Shown: positions 22,367-35,312 of the stretch, piece after piece
Position numbering within the stretch: position 1 is the stretch's first letter
Layout: every line of letters begins with the position of its first letter
NCBI GenBank assembly: GCA_910592345.1
Contig: CAJVPI010000325.1
Span: 1 to 35,312, forward strand
Direction of reading: 5' to 3'
Source of the DNA: Paraglomus brasilianum
Lineage: Eukaryota
DNA length: 35,312 nucleotides
Position numbers and translations under genes: made by a program
Notes under the pieces: model-generated
What the model saw: only the letters and a program-made list of their open reading frames with translations
Database searches by the model: none
What the model was told of the DNA's origin: nothing

Positions 22367-25300
22367 CTAGCATTCCAACTCCCCAACAAGAATTGCGTCA
22401 ACAACAGTGCCTGCCTCGAGCTTCGTCTGGTTCTCACTTTTTGGCGGAAGTTTTATCAGAGCATTGCATCTGCGCATGCTTGACATTCTACTGCTCCGTT
22501 GTTGACCAGTAGAGTAGGCAACAAATCGAGGAGAAGGTAACGTCACATAACGCAAAACAGCGCGTTGGTATTCGGGGCGAGGATCAAGTCGCAGTGTAAA
22601 AGGTAGCTAAGTTGATCATTAAATAAATCGGTGAGATATTTATGATGAGAAGTAGTTGTTGCGAAATGAAATTTCCTAATAGTGCAATTCACATGTTGAA
22701 TTCCTCAATATTTTACCTCAGTTTTAATTATGGGTAATTTCCAGTGATCATAACCGGATAATTTCCTCAGTGCCGGGAGGACAAATAAGTAGAATGTTAC
22801 CGTTGCAGATACAGGATTGCCTGGTAGCGCAAAGATAAACTTTTTCTGGGAAGATGGTGATGATGTGTCGCTTGAAACAGTCGCGAAAGTTGTCGGTTTG
22901 CTAAAAGATAAAGCAATAATTAGTAACTCTCAACATACAGTCCATATTCTATTGACATCCTACTACTATACAAAGGCTATCCATATTCTCTCATTCAATT
23001 GCGTTATCATAGATATTAAATCGCACCCTGGTTTCATCCTGACGCGTCCAAAATGGATAACTGCTCCAATGCTTCGTTCAAGTGTAGGCTTCAATAGATC
23101 CATTTCACCCATTGATACTCCTCCTGTCGTAATCAAGACATCGACTTTGGAAAGGGCATCGCTTAGAACACGTCCAAGTTCTTCTTTACTATTATATTTA
23201 TGGCCAAGCAATTGAAAAGGAAAACATTATTAGTTGGAGCAAATGATATTAAGAGCTTTTTTCTAATTGCATTGACACTAGCATTGCATTACTATGTGAG
23301 CAAATGATCGTTACGATCTACGCGAAAAGTCTCCGAGAGACAATGAACCCCAAGCAGCGCCTCATTTTGGTGTTGATGGTTTTTCGCGTCAAAAGTCTAC
23401 TCAATCGCTAAATAATGTAGGTTATGCATTTGATACCTTCGACACGGCTATTTAGAATTTGACAACTTACTTGTCTTTAACGATTCCGAAATCTATTGCA
23501 CAGAACCCAGCAGATTTAGCAACGGACAAGAGAGTAGGACGATTGCTGTCTCTTATTTGGCCATACTTCAAAGGTTCCGAATCCGTATGCTTGATCACTT
23601 CATTGCCAGTCGAAAAAATGCCGACAGTTGGACGTCGATGTACATGGACCTACTTGGGTGTTTAAAGTGTGAGCAATACTTTAAGACAATGTCAGTCTAT
23701 TATACTTATGTCAATAAAAAAAAGTGTAATACTAGTCAGAAATTTCCTTCTTCATTCCCCTTCTTACCTTACAAACACCAACCGAAGCCAAAATGCCAAT
23801 TTCTCCTCCAACTTCCGTAACGACTTCTCCTTTCCTCATTACTATCTCTCCTTTCTGGACATCACTTCCAACCTCTCTAACGTTTTCTCCCTCCTCAACA
23901 TTAGCATGTATCATAATCTCTTCTTCCTCTTTTCCATCAGCAGAAGTACGGACAAGCGAAGTTTCCTCGACCATCACGACGGCTGTAGCGGATGGGGGTA
24001 AGGGGGCGCCGGTTGTTATACGAGTAACTTGAGTTGATGTGAGCGTACTTTGAGTGGACGCGGCGGCGGCAATTGAGGGCATTGGGGATACGGCATATAT
24101 CCCTGGACCGTTTTTTGCTTCGTTTTAGAAGCGAATCAAGATAAATGTCAGATAATACAGAAAATGACATTCCGGAGCTAACAGAGTAGGTATGTATTAT
24201 GCACTTCATAACCGAATTGATTCCGGTCATTTCAAAATACATCTTAATCGCGAACTGAAATACTACGAAGAACTACTTACCTATAACCGCGTAACCGTCG
24301 AGAATAGATGCACGATAACCGGGTACAGGTTCCAGAGAAACAATATCTTCAGCAACTACATAACCAACGAGATTTTCATCTACTGGAACTTCAATAGTTT
24401 CGAGAGGATTCGCCTCGACGGATATTATGTTTAACGCATCGTCAACCGAGATCATTGGATACGGCGAGTGACGTTGTCTTTGTGTGACTGGTGGATTGAA
24501 TAGTAATTAGTATGGTAATGATAGTCGAATATGTACAAGCTCGAATTCGTAAACCTTTCATACCTGGAGCATCCAAGGGATTCGATAACAACTTCTTCTC
24601 ACCAGCATGATGCTGACTATGCCCATGGCTTCGATGATGGACGCAATCATGTCCATACTCACGAGTTTCTCCCTTTTCACTCTCTCCACTTTTTTCATAT
24701 TGCATCGCGTCATGTACAGATGCACCACTTCCACCACAAGCCAACTCGACAGCATGGGGTAAAATTTTCAATACGGCTTCGACGTTTTCTCTGGCTCCTT
24801 TGGGACTGCCGGGAACTGTTAGTATAATCGATTTCTTACGGATGCCGGTTACCGGGCGGCTAAGAGCAGCATATGGTGTTTTGGAGAGGGAGGCGGAAAC
24901 GAGGAGGTGAGTCAAACCAGAGGAGAGTCGATCAAGCAGTGGCAACACGGCCTTTAAGGTAAAAGTAAAGGAAGTTCTAGGGAACGGCAGTTTAGATATA
25001 GATCGATGGAGAAGAATAGCGGAGAATGTACCTCTGGCGTCGTATCGCGAACACCAAATCCAGTGCCACCAGTGGTTATTATGACATTGAATGCCTTTGC
25101 GTCGACCCAATTAATGATTGTTTTTTGAATCTGATCTTTATCGTCGGGAACTACGTCGTATGCCACGACATGATATTGAGGAGAAGGAAAAAGACTTTGA
25201 AGGATAGGCCCACTCTGGTCTTTGGTTTTATCTTTACTGGCCGTGTCGCTGACTAAAGCAGACGGCTAATTATTATATAGCGTAAAAATAAAAGATAATA

Positions 25301-25459
25301 ATTCCCATGATATACATTTGACCTACTTGTTAGAATGCCGACGGTGATAGGAACGGTTTCTGGCAAAAATGGATGTAAATATAGGGATGTAATATTCACT
25401 AAATATAGCGATGTATTCGATTCTAATATACGAATCTCTTTACCTGAAGATTGAGCCAT
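22367..25459 (-). CDS. cnxE: Gephyrin/CnxE molybdenum cofactor biosynthesis protein (MogA G-domain plus MoeA E-domain), multi-exon
   Basis: [37 protein letters not shown] (G-domain). [77 protein letters not shown] (E-domain). Confidence 0.96.
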
Positions 25460-26391
25460 GTCAAAATGAACTCGAAAGAGTTAGTAGGAACAATAATAAG
25501 TTATGTTGTAAAAGTGGGTTTAATCTCATCAAAATTTCCCTTAAGCGGATGTTAATGTGATACGAGATTTGATGCGCCAACGGTAGCCTTTCGATGGAGT
25601 TTTTCCCATCAATCTGATCAAATGCAATACGGCTGTACATTAATCTTTAATTCTCTAACAAGTTCTATTAGTATTAGGATTATCTGTTCGTACGCCGACT
25701 CTAATTCAGTGTAACACGGACGAGGAGGCACAATTGGACGATCTGTCAAATTTAGAGTATCGAGTGCTAAATGAAAGCGTTGAAAGGCGGTCGGGTATTT
25801 AATTTCGACAAAACAGCTTGTAATTGCATAATGCTCATTTTAGCGTTTTAAGATTATTTCTATCCTTTCCATTTGATTATCACGAAATTCTCCGCAACTC
25901 GTCAATTAGGATTGGTATAAACTGGCGGTTTAATTTCTTCTGTTTAATCATATGAATTTACATAAAATATTCACCTACGCTGGGTTAAATCAACAAATAA
26001 AGGCATCTGCAAGTAAATCTCAGATATGCCACTTATTGATTTGAGTTTTATACAGTAAATCAGTTCAAAACGGGATTATTACGGTTTTTATGCTCGGACA
26101 AAACAAAAGCTTAATTAGACTCATTACTATTACTATATTGTAATAACGGTTCTCATGGCTGGCACATAATCAGGCTAAGAGTGTTCGAATTAGCCAGACT
26201 TAATGTTGCAATCATCGGGTTAGCCCACTCGTACGTGATGTAACTTTCATAAAACGCATAAAATAATATATCACATGCAATTTATAAAGTTATACATTAT
26301 AATAATATTTACTTTTGAATTTGATTACTCAATAAAATAAAATGAAATTTTTCTAGCCAAGACTAATGTAGAACAAACAAAAGCAAAAATT

Positions 26392-27917
26392 CTATTGGGC
26401 TGCAGCTCGTCTTTGTGCTGCTCTTTTCTCGGTCTGTGCCTTGAAACCTGTAATTCGACATAAGCATATTATTGTTCTTGTTCTGGCATGGAACGCTACA
26501 ACCAAATGTCCTGTTGACCACTTACCAGTCTTAATAGCTGAAACAGATCGTGTGGACCCACAACTTTCACATTGTTGGAAAAATATACGATTTTCCTTTG
26601 TCAAAATCGTGTCGGGTGATTTACACGTCTTGCATGTTACATATTCGACTGTAGAATTGAAATGAAAGTTTACGTTTGAGAATCGAATTGAAAAAATGTG
26701 TCTAAAGCATGTAATCAGAGAAATTACCTATATAACGTCGCAATACATTCTCTATCTGTTTCTGCTGGAATTTGCCTCGAATGACTAGACGTTGAGCTCC
26801 ATCAATGGATCCACTCGTTCCCAATTCAGCAAAAAGAAATTGGATTACGTGCTCTGGTTGTCGATGCATTCTAAGCAAAAAAAAAAAAAAAGGGTGAGAA
26901 CCAACCGCCTCGAATCCAAAACTGACGACCAAAAATTGGAATACACGTCAAACCTCTTGCAGATGTCCGATACGTTGGCAAACACAGTCTTTTTATTACC
27001 GTCACGATGAACAGACGGCGGTACAATGGTGTATCTTTTCTTCTCGCCGGCAAGTTCGGGGTTATTGGCTCGAAGTATGTCAAAGACTCGTGTAAGAAGC
27101 TGTATAGATGGACATTTATATGAACGTCAACAAAGCATTCGAACCGCAGATACAATACAGCTCCAACAGGGCAGATTTACCTCATCATACAGGTAATCCC
27201 GATCCGATCCAAGCCATGCTTCTTTAACTTTACTTTTATCCTCTTCCTCTTTGTTATCCTGGGCAAACACATCGTGATCCTCATTGCCAGAGTCTCCATC
27301 TCCTTCCTTTAGTTGCTTTTCGAAACCAGCCAAATCAGCTTTCTTTTTTTTGCGTTTTAAACCCGTCAGATCTCCTGTACTACTAATCTCTGCTGGTTCT
27401 TCCTCCGGCTTTTCCTCCTGTTTTATCAATGAACGGTCGATTAACCTTCAAATATTTAGCAAATGGCGTGAGACTACGGCCGGTTGACTTACATCGGTTA
27501 CGGCTTTCTTTTTCTTCTTCTTTTTTTTCATGCCAAACATGGTCGTGGCTTCATCGTCATCAATCTTGTCGCCATTCTCCTCGGCGTTAGTATCGGCTAA
27601 TGCAGTTATAAATTGTAAGCGATTGTTGGATATCAGTGCACAAGGGGACAGTGCCAAACCAACCAAGTTCTGCGTCTTGCTGACCCGTCTCTTGAGAAGC
27701 GGTTTCTTGTGGCGTCTGCTCAGTCTCGTCTTCAAAGTTAACCTTTAATAATTTCTTCTTTTTCTTCTTTTTCTGAGTTGGATCGAATAATTGCTGCGTA
27801 TGTGACAGGCAAGGTGAAAAGACACGAATATAAGATCAATTGAGAAAGAAAAAAGAAGCTATAAAAAACATTATAAAACAGTACTTCTTCGGTATTCTTT
27901 TCTTCAATGTCCGACAT
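26392..27917 (-). CDS. SUI3: Translation initiation factor eIF2 beta subunit, multi-exon
   Basis: Three Lys-rich boxes ([21 protein letters not shown]), [58 protein letters not shown], and the zinc ribbon CKTCKSPDT...CESCGS. Confidence 0.96.
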
Positions 27918-28088
27918 TTTTGCTGCGTGCAATTACGAAAACAAAAAGAAAAGAAAAAAAAAAGAGTTCACGGACGGGTTGTAGCGAAAACTTGGCGCCG
28001 CAAGTATCATATAATTGGTTGAGTATTCACGTGAATTTTTATACCCATACATTGTACTTTTTAGGGTTGTAAATTTTGTTAAAGCGAA
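27918..28088. promoter_or_regulatory. 171-bp divergent intergenic region (likely bidirectional promoter) between SUI3 and ASA1
   Basis: Start codons at 27917(-) and 28089(+). Contains the 12-bp palindrome ATTCACGTGAAT (E-box core) at 28025-28036 and TTGGCGC at 27992-27998. Confidence 0.6.
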
Positions 28089-29636
28089 ATGTCATCATCT
28101 GGTCTCCCTCCGAGTCCAATATATGTGTTCAGAGGGCACTCCGATTCGGTTAATACCTTACTATTTTATAATGATAATACCCGTCTAATATCGGGGTACG
28201 TCAATTTATGTAATAAGAAGCATCACCAATTCATTCGTGCCTAGAATTTCATGTCAATTGCCTTAATATTGAATTATCGTTTGAAGAGACGCAGAAGGGA
28301 ATGTTACAATATGGGATATTCAATCTCGGCGTCCTATGGTACGATTCAAAGCTCATGAGAATAGCATCCTTGCCGTTGATGTCTGGAAAGACAAATTGCT
28401 CAGGTAATTTATCTGTCGATCATTGACTCTTGGTATGATTATATGACTCACACATACACAGTCATGGCAGAGACAATAAAATCCATATCTGGGATCTAAA
28501 CGAAGACTTTAACCAATCACCAAAGTTATATAAAACGGTTTCAACAAATTCTCTGGGTTTCTGCAGACTGGCAACATGCCCCAAAGACGAGGGAGACTTG
28601 CTGATTGCAGTGCCTGGATCTGCCGATTCTGCAACTGTACGCATACTAGTACTGCAAAAAAAAAAAAGTGACAATGTATGTGTTTTGTGCAGAAAGAACC
28701 TGGATAATACTGACGTTTATGTTAGATTGATGTGAAAGGCGTTATCCAACAAAATTTATTCGAATCCATTGGGATTGATGATAAGGAATCAAACGGTAAA
28801 AACATGATTGCTCATGTGCAAACATCTGGCTCGCGTCTGTATATTGTTAACGAATATTTGGTGTAGGATCCTGCATGGCACTGAAGCTATTTAGCTATTC
28901 AGTATCCCCCAATCAATATTTACTTATGGCAGCATATGAGAATGCTCAAGTAATCTTGTGGAAGTTGGATGAAGAGTCGCATGCAGTAACCCAGTTATGG
29001 GCTGTAAAAGAGCACAACGAATCAGGTTTAGTCATGAGCAGCAAAGACTTGTGTTTATAACTCTGATCCATTTACTGACAGTATTGTGCCAACTAGTAAT
29101 GGGTCTAGACGTCTCAAATGACACAAAGTATGCGATATCTGTAGCGGGGGACAACAAAATTGTCAAGTATAGATTCAAAGATGTAAGTTATGATATTCTG
29201 GGTCGTTGCATGACCATTCACTGTTTTAAGTCTCAACTATCGACACTTACAATTTTATTCCCTTTTGATTCTGTATAGTCACTAAATGAGACTCCCCAAG
29301 TATATTCTGTTAGTATCAAATATCCTGGTATCGCTGATGTTAAGATTAGATCGGATGGGAAGATATTTGCTACTGCTGGATGGGATGCAAAGTAAGCTGA
29401 AGGCCGTTCTAGCCTTGCATGATGCTTATCTAATACTTTCGTTGAAGGATATTACTGGTATTTGTAGGATACGCGTTTTTTCAAAATCGTTGAAGCCACT
29501 GGCCATATTGTCATATCATAATGAGAGTATTTATGCCCTAGCATTCTCCACGATACTTTCAAATGAAGATATTGACAAGCATTATCTTGTTGGAGCTGGA
29601 AAAGATAAAAGAATTAGCTTATGGGAGATATACTAA
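28089..29636 (+). CDS. ASA1: WD40 protein Asa1/GNB1L (ASTRA-associated), multi-exon
   Basis: N-terminal PPSPIYVFRGH, SHGRDNKIHIW, NSLGFC, PGIADVKIRSDGKIFATAGWD, KPLAILSYH, C-terminal GAGKDKRISLWEIY*. Confidence 0.9.
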
Positions 29637-29786
29637 TATGACTGTAGAAATCATTTCATTTTAGAATTAATTCCATTTATATAATTTTAATTAATTGTAC
29701 ATTTTTCAGTATCAAGCTCAATGAAACATATTCTCTTAAAAGTTATTAACAATGTCAGGAAAATAAATATCGGTTTTGTTGGCTCT

Positions 29787-30349
29787 CTAATACGCCATTT
29801 TAGTACTTTCGGTCTCCCGTTTAAACTTTTGATTATTTCCAACCTTTAGAATAGCCATGATCGCTTTGTACTTTGCTCTTATTTTCTCCAGCAACTCCAG
29901 CATCTCTGTATTCAGTTGATTCTCAGTAGGAAAGGAAGCAATCAATTCACTCAACGCTGTAAGGTGTCTTATAGATCTGGATTTTTGTAATACATCCAGT
30001 TATTAGTTTCAAAGTAACTTGGAAGAATGTTAACTACGCTTCCAAATATGCAACCTTTCGTTTAATCTTTTTCCACCCATCTTTAGCCACATTTTAGTCA
30101 CGCCGTCATAGAAGCCTATCTCTTGCAGAATTTCAAAAGCCTTCCGAGTCCCAAGTACGTAACCTTCAATCAAACCTTCTGACCTTCCCGCTTCAACCCC
30201 GTCTTCGTAACCATATGTTAGAAACCTTAAATTCTCATGCAAGTAAAATCAATGCCCTAATCAGTTACAGTTAGATCATTCGTAGATAATTACATATTTT
30301 CCAGGTGTAGAAGATTGTCAAGGTCTGATTCTGTTGGTAGAGATGACAT
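29787..30349 (-). CDS. LTO1: Lto1/ORAOV1 (Yae1_N domain), 3 exons
   Basis: DLDNLLHLENM|FLTYGYEDGVEAGRSEGLIEGYVLG (GX3 repeats), EIGFYDG, FPTEN, EKIRAKYK. Stop TAG 29787-29789. Confidence 0.9.
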
Positions 30350-30436
30350 TGTATTCAACTATACAATTATAACAGTAGTTCTTGATCTAAAGCAAGATGA
30401 ACATTATACATTTAAAGCAACAAAAAAAAAAGCGAA

Positions 30437-30448
30437 TATGACGTCATA
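30437..30448. promoter_or_regulatory. CRE-like palindrome upstream of LTO1
   Basis: TATGACGTCATA, a perfect 12-bp palindrome containing TGACGTCA, about 90 bp upstream of the LTO1 ATG. Confidence 0.4.
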
Positions 30449-31503
30449 AGTGGAGAATGTATGACATATGGCAATAGGAAATGGGTCTAGTCCAAGGACA
30501 ATTAAGCAAACTGTGTATCGCGAGAAAAGGGCATATCAGAGTAATTTAGAGAAGAAGTAAGAGACTTAGCCTCTTTCTTCCATAGCCTAAAATCATGTAG
30601 CTGTTAATTTACAAGCGCGAGCAAGGTCACACAACAGAAATAAGTCAAATTTCACACGCCGAAAAGCAGAAATCAATAATAATTATTGGAAGACAAGTGT
30701 GATGGGGATTAAAGTTTAAGTTGTGGAAAAACGACATGTTCACATAAATAATGATTTATTCAGAAGCAATATCACGTACCTTCTGACAATACGTGTGGTA
30801 GTGTCTTTTTCTGCGTCAATTACTTTGCAAATTGTCAGTAATGATTCTCTATCTAATACTCTCGAATTCGTATGACACAGTGAAAATATCAAAGCAGGCA
30901 TGGAATAAAGCGCAAAGTTATAACCTGGGTTGGAATATATCTAGTAATAATAAATGCCCACTCGTAATGGCTTCTTGCTTAGTCGAGAATATTATTTGAT
31001 GTAACTTACAATCATAGCGAAATTGACGCGTTAATTATGAATTTAAAGAAAATAATTGCGAACTGTCTAGTTAGGAAGAAATCGCCTGCGTTAAAAAATA
31101 GTATGTATATGTATTCGTTAGTACAAACGAAACGGACAAGTTTGACCTGAATTTTATAAGATTATAATATTTTGAAAATAGCATGTGCAAAGGGCTCGCC
31201 TTTCTCTTAAAGTATTTTTCCATATATGACTTGATGCAAATTTACTTACATATCTACCTTTAACAGAATGACATTTATGAAGCGAGCCTAAATAACGACT
31301 ATTTAACCATGATCGAGGCTCGTGCTAAATACATTTTCTCACTGGAAGATCAATGAATGTCTACGCATTTGTATTATTATTATTATTTGGAGTAGTGATG
31401 AGAGTATTGTACAATCGATCGGTTTTGATTGGTCGATCGAGAACGTTCAAAAAGATTTACCATTTATTATTTATTGACCAGGTTGGCGTTCAAATTTGAA
31501 TCG

Positions 31504-32568
31504 ATGGCATCCACAAAGATTCAAAAGCTTGGTATATAATAAAAAATGGGTGTCATTTTTGTGTACTCAGATCAATCGGTATTTATAGCCCAAAATTTTG
31601 TTCAGTTTTTGTCACAGGCAACGATAAAAAGCTCGCGGAAGTACGAGCAATCATAGGAAGTGCTGTAGAATTGACATCTCAAAAACTTGATTGTAAGTTC
31701 TCAATAATCAATGTATTATCATGGGACTTTTATATTGACTTTCAGTCTACCATTAGTGACAGAAATTCAAGGCACGACACAAGAAGTTTCATCGGACAAA
31801 TGCCGTCGCGCTGCTGAATTGGTATGCCATTGATTAACATGCTACAGTTAATCAGCGTGGATTTTGACTATCATCTCTGTTAAATATAGTTAGGTATACC
31901 TGTTATTACAGAAGATACATCCCTGTGTTTCAATGCAATGGGTGGGCTGCCTGGTCCATATATGTAAGCGTGAATGTAAATGTGTGAAATAGTTGTGAAT
32001 TGGAATTCGTAAATTGACGTTTGCAACTTGTTATGAGAAAATGGTTCTTGGACAAGCTTGGTCACGACGGTAAGTTTATATTCGAATGTTCTTTGCTTAA
32101 TCTCATCTATTTTGGCTTAATTATTTTCTACTATACGCAGGACTCAATAACATGTTAGCTGGCTTTAATGATAAATCTGCATATGCATTGTGCACTTTTG
32201 CCTACTCGGCTGGTCCGGGAACAGAGCCGATCCTTTTTGAGGGACGAACAGACGTATGTACAAGACTCAAAAATCTTTAGATGCATTTCATAAGTTAACT
32301 GAACCTCGCGTTTTTACAGGGCAAGATTGTTCCGCCGCGTGGACCAAAAGACTTTGGATGGGATCCGATTTTTCAGCCTGATGGATTCGAACAAACGTAA
32401 CTAATCCAAAATTATGCTCACTTTTGTATTTGTATAACCGGACGATGACTATCTTCTTTATTATTCATAAATAGCTATGCCGAAATGTCAAAGACTGTGA
32501 AGAACAGTATATCGCATAGATACAAGGCTCTAGAGAAATTGAAGTCGCATTTTATAAACACAAACTGA
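31504..32568 (+). CDS. HAM1: Inosine triphosphate pyrophosphatase (Ham1/ITPA), multi-exon
   Basis: [80 protein letters not shown]. Stop TGA 32566-32568. Confidence 0.96.
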
Positions 32569-32834
32569 TATAAGAACTAATTAAGGATCTTTCGGGTAAA
32601 CAGTTCATATTATCATATCATTTTGACCGATTATCGCGAGGGACCTGTCGAGATACTCGAACACTGGGAAACGCTGAATATAAAAATACAAGGTTGCTGT
32701 TTTTTCGCTATATGGATATCAGGCGTGTTTGTAATAATAAAATAATCACGGCCAATCGTGGTAAATAAGTTCAGCTGAATTGATATGATTTCCCCCCTTA
32801 TTATAAGACCAATATCTCCGACCCGAATAGAGAG

Positions 32835-34051
32835 CTACAACGACTGATCTAATTTCGTTATATACTTTCTGTTCCCTATCTGACAAACAAGATCATCAGG
32901 CAGAAATGCATAATCTCTTATCATATCTCCGAAAGCCGCTTCGGCCTCTTCACAAAGCGATTCACTCAAATGATTCAACGACCAGAATACGCTTGTATGG
33001 AAGCGAGGTTTCTGTTGAATTTATATAGAAAGTTGCGATTAAAAAAAATGGTGAAAGAAATACAAAAATATTGGTTTACCTCATAGAAGGTTGGTTGCTT
33101 GAATTGACCGACTACGTAATCTATTTTCTCTAGTAGAGACTTTAACTCGTTTGTTCCCATTCCTACCTCAAGGGCGAGATACGAACACGTTCGCGTATCA
33201 TTCATCAGTTGAATAATTCGTGCAAATGACATTGTGAAACTGTTTAAAAACGGTTGGGGAAAATGCTAAAATCTCATTCTTCTGTTTCTTTCTAACACAC
33301 GACTATGCAACTTACCTTTTGGGCCTACCGAGGGCAGATTGCAGGTTGTTCCAAAACCTCTCGATCTGATGGTATTTCAAGATGATTAATCGTGAAAGAC
33401 TTATATGTAGTTCCAACTCGGTTGCAGAATCATTATCCGAACAAGAGTGAATCGATGTATGATGGGTCTTCAAATAGGTCTCTAGCGAGCGCATTAGATT
33501 TAAAAATTCGGGTGGAGCTTTGACTGTATTGATCGATTGTTTAAAAAAGAAAGTGTGAGGAAAAAGGTGACATTTGACGATATGCAGCAGCGAGACATAC
33601 CCCGCACGTGTATGTGAGTAGCAAAGTTTCCTTCAACGTGAGGTATAGTTCTTATGCGGCCTTCATGTTTGGATGGGTCTGGTATGTGTTTTGTATAGTC
33701 CTTTCGAGGATCTTGTCATTCAAATAAAAGGCATTCTTTTAATTCTCTGCAGAATTATGGTCAACGTAATGTTACGACATACCTGGAAACAGTTCCTTGA
33801 TCTCGTTCGGTACTGGTGGTAGGTTTAGCGAGCCAGACCCTTTGTTTCTGCGGATTATATTTCAAGTCAAAATACATTGCCGGAAGAGAATTGGAAATGC
33901 AAATATTTCCTTACGTTGATGCCATCATCGCTTCTCTTGGCGTCTTCTGCCGTTTTCTCTCAATATCAGTTTGCTGAATGGTAGAGTCATCCTCATCTTC
34001 TGAAGAATAGTCTACCAAAGGCAGGGGATTATTATTTCTTGAGATTGCCAT
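32835..34051 (-). CDS. USB1: U6 snRNA phosphodiesterase Usb1/Mpn1, 6 exons
   Basis: N-terminal LVDYSSEDE, DPSKHEGRIRTIPHVEGNFATH, two catalytic HxS motifs (LHISLSR, FHTSVFW), QIGNR. Stop TAG 32835-32837. Confidence 0.93.
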
Positions 34052-34588
34052 ATATTTAATTATGAAGTAATGAATTATGGATGAATGCACGTAAGACTTT
34101 GATCAAGGAGACGAATATAATAGAAATTGGCAATATTACAGTGTTGCGTTGAAGCTGGCAAGTTGGATTTTATGCCAGATGTTATATCTGCCGATATACG
34201 GTAGACAAATCGGCAAGTAATGGCTGGAATACTTCGCCTTTAATGTTAAATTTAACACGTTCTAATGTGACTTGCATATACAAGTTTGCGTTACCATATG
34301 AGCAAATACTAGTATTCATCAATGACGCATCTTTGACTTGAAATTAAGTCTCTTAATACCTGAAATTTGCCTTCGGCTATTAGAGAAAGAACGGAACCAA
34401 TCCTATGTACTTGAACAGTTTGTAAGAAATCCGAATGCCGTGCTTTATCTTCGGTGTTCAATTATACAGTAAATTGCTGATGTGATATGGGCGTACTGCA
34501 ACAAAACCAGACAAAGTGAGCATGTGACGTCGCCAGTTATCTTTCCTTTGAACAAATACTACCATGAATGCCGTTACGGCCATAGTTA

Positions 34589-34902
34589 CTAGCACAGTAC
34601 CAGGCTTAGCTCGTACTATTACTATCGCCTAAGACTGAATTAAGCCTCAAGTGACCTATTTTAATTATGCGCGCTTCTCATTCCCTATCCGAGTTTCAAA
34701 CACTCGTGAATACAAATAAGGGTACCTCTAATAGAATAATAACAACAATTATTCTATTAAAGAATCGAAGGGGAATAATACTATTTTATAAAATTAAACA
34801 GGGCTATCTTCGATTTGTTTGTCGACTAGTCGGTATCCGTCACTTGTCTTTACTAAACTAATTAAACATTACTCGTCTCGATAATTGATTATGAACTCTC
34901 GT
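34589..34902 (-). mobile_element. Helitron-like repeat copy retaining a 3' terminus
   Basis: Minus strand ends AGTACGAGCTAAGCCTGGTACT (imperfect hairpin), GTG, CTAG|T. The body is colinear with 16919-17241. Confidence 0.75.
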
Positions 34903-35312
34903 AATTGATCGGCGGACCTTATTTTTTTTAACGTATAGTAAATTTTCATCCCTATCACCTGAACTATATATAGTCTTACTCTTTCTGTGAATTTGTTTCA
35001 TCTTATTGGCAAATGCGAAATATATTCGGTAAAGTGATATTTTTCCACTAACCTCCTATTACCTTTTTCGTTAATTGTTAATGTAGATCATTTACGACCG
35101 TTTTTTATATATTCTTTATCTTATCCCACCCACCACCCTTATGATAACAGTTATATTTATATTTATTTATGTTTTATTATAAGGCAGGCCATGCATCACA
35201 AAATTTGTTATTTCTATTCTATATTCTATATATGTTGGGGGGTTAGATATCGGTAGTGTTACAAACATAGGGGAAGCCTCATATGAAAATCCATAAACGA
35301 AGTTTTTTTCTG

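Noticed and set aside
22817..25256. Plus-strand ORFs in the track over gephyrin (and similar antisense ORFs over other genes)
   Set aside because: They are antisense shadows of well-supported coding exons.
22367..32568. Functional cluster of Moco biosynthesis and HAM1 (both linked to N-hydroxylated purine detoxification)
   Set aside because: The genes are separated by three unrelated housekeeping genes, so proximity is unremarkable in a gene-dense block.

Overview
AT-rich, intron-rich eukaryotic (fungal) genomic DNA. The gene families present (TKL-type kinase, Crinkler-like kinase, NYN and Mrr-like nuclease relics) suggest an early-diverging fungus, probably Glomeromycotina; this is inference. 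Intact spliced genes: a divergent Rab7-like GTPase, TFB4, hexokinase, a tandem-BTB protein, gephyrin/CnxE, eIF2-beta, ASA1, LTO1, HAM1/ITPA and USB1, plus the 3' end of a kinase. Two accessory zones (about 4.7-6.4 kb and 10.9-18.6 kb) hold decayed genes that the ORF track mostly misses: an NYN nuclease, a spliced Mrr-like nuclease with a hydrophobic C-terminal tail, a CRN-like kinase in a CpG-free island with an inverted repeat at each side, and a Mug135-like gene with 11-residue repeats. These zones also carry a complex tandem repeat, a TA-flanked MITE and a truncated Tc1 element. Three copies of a Helitron-like repeat are dispersed across the window (about 1.4, 17 and 34.7 kb). No tRNA, rRNA or CRISPR array was found. 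All gene models were assembled by eye and family calls come from recalled motifs, not database searches.
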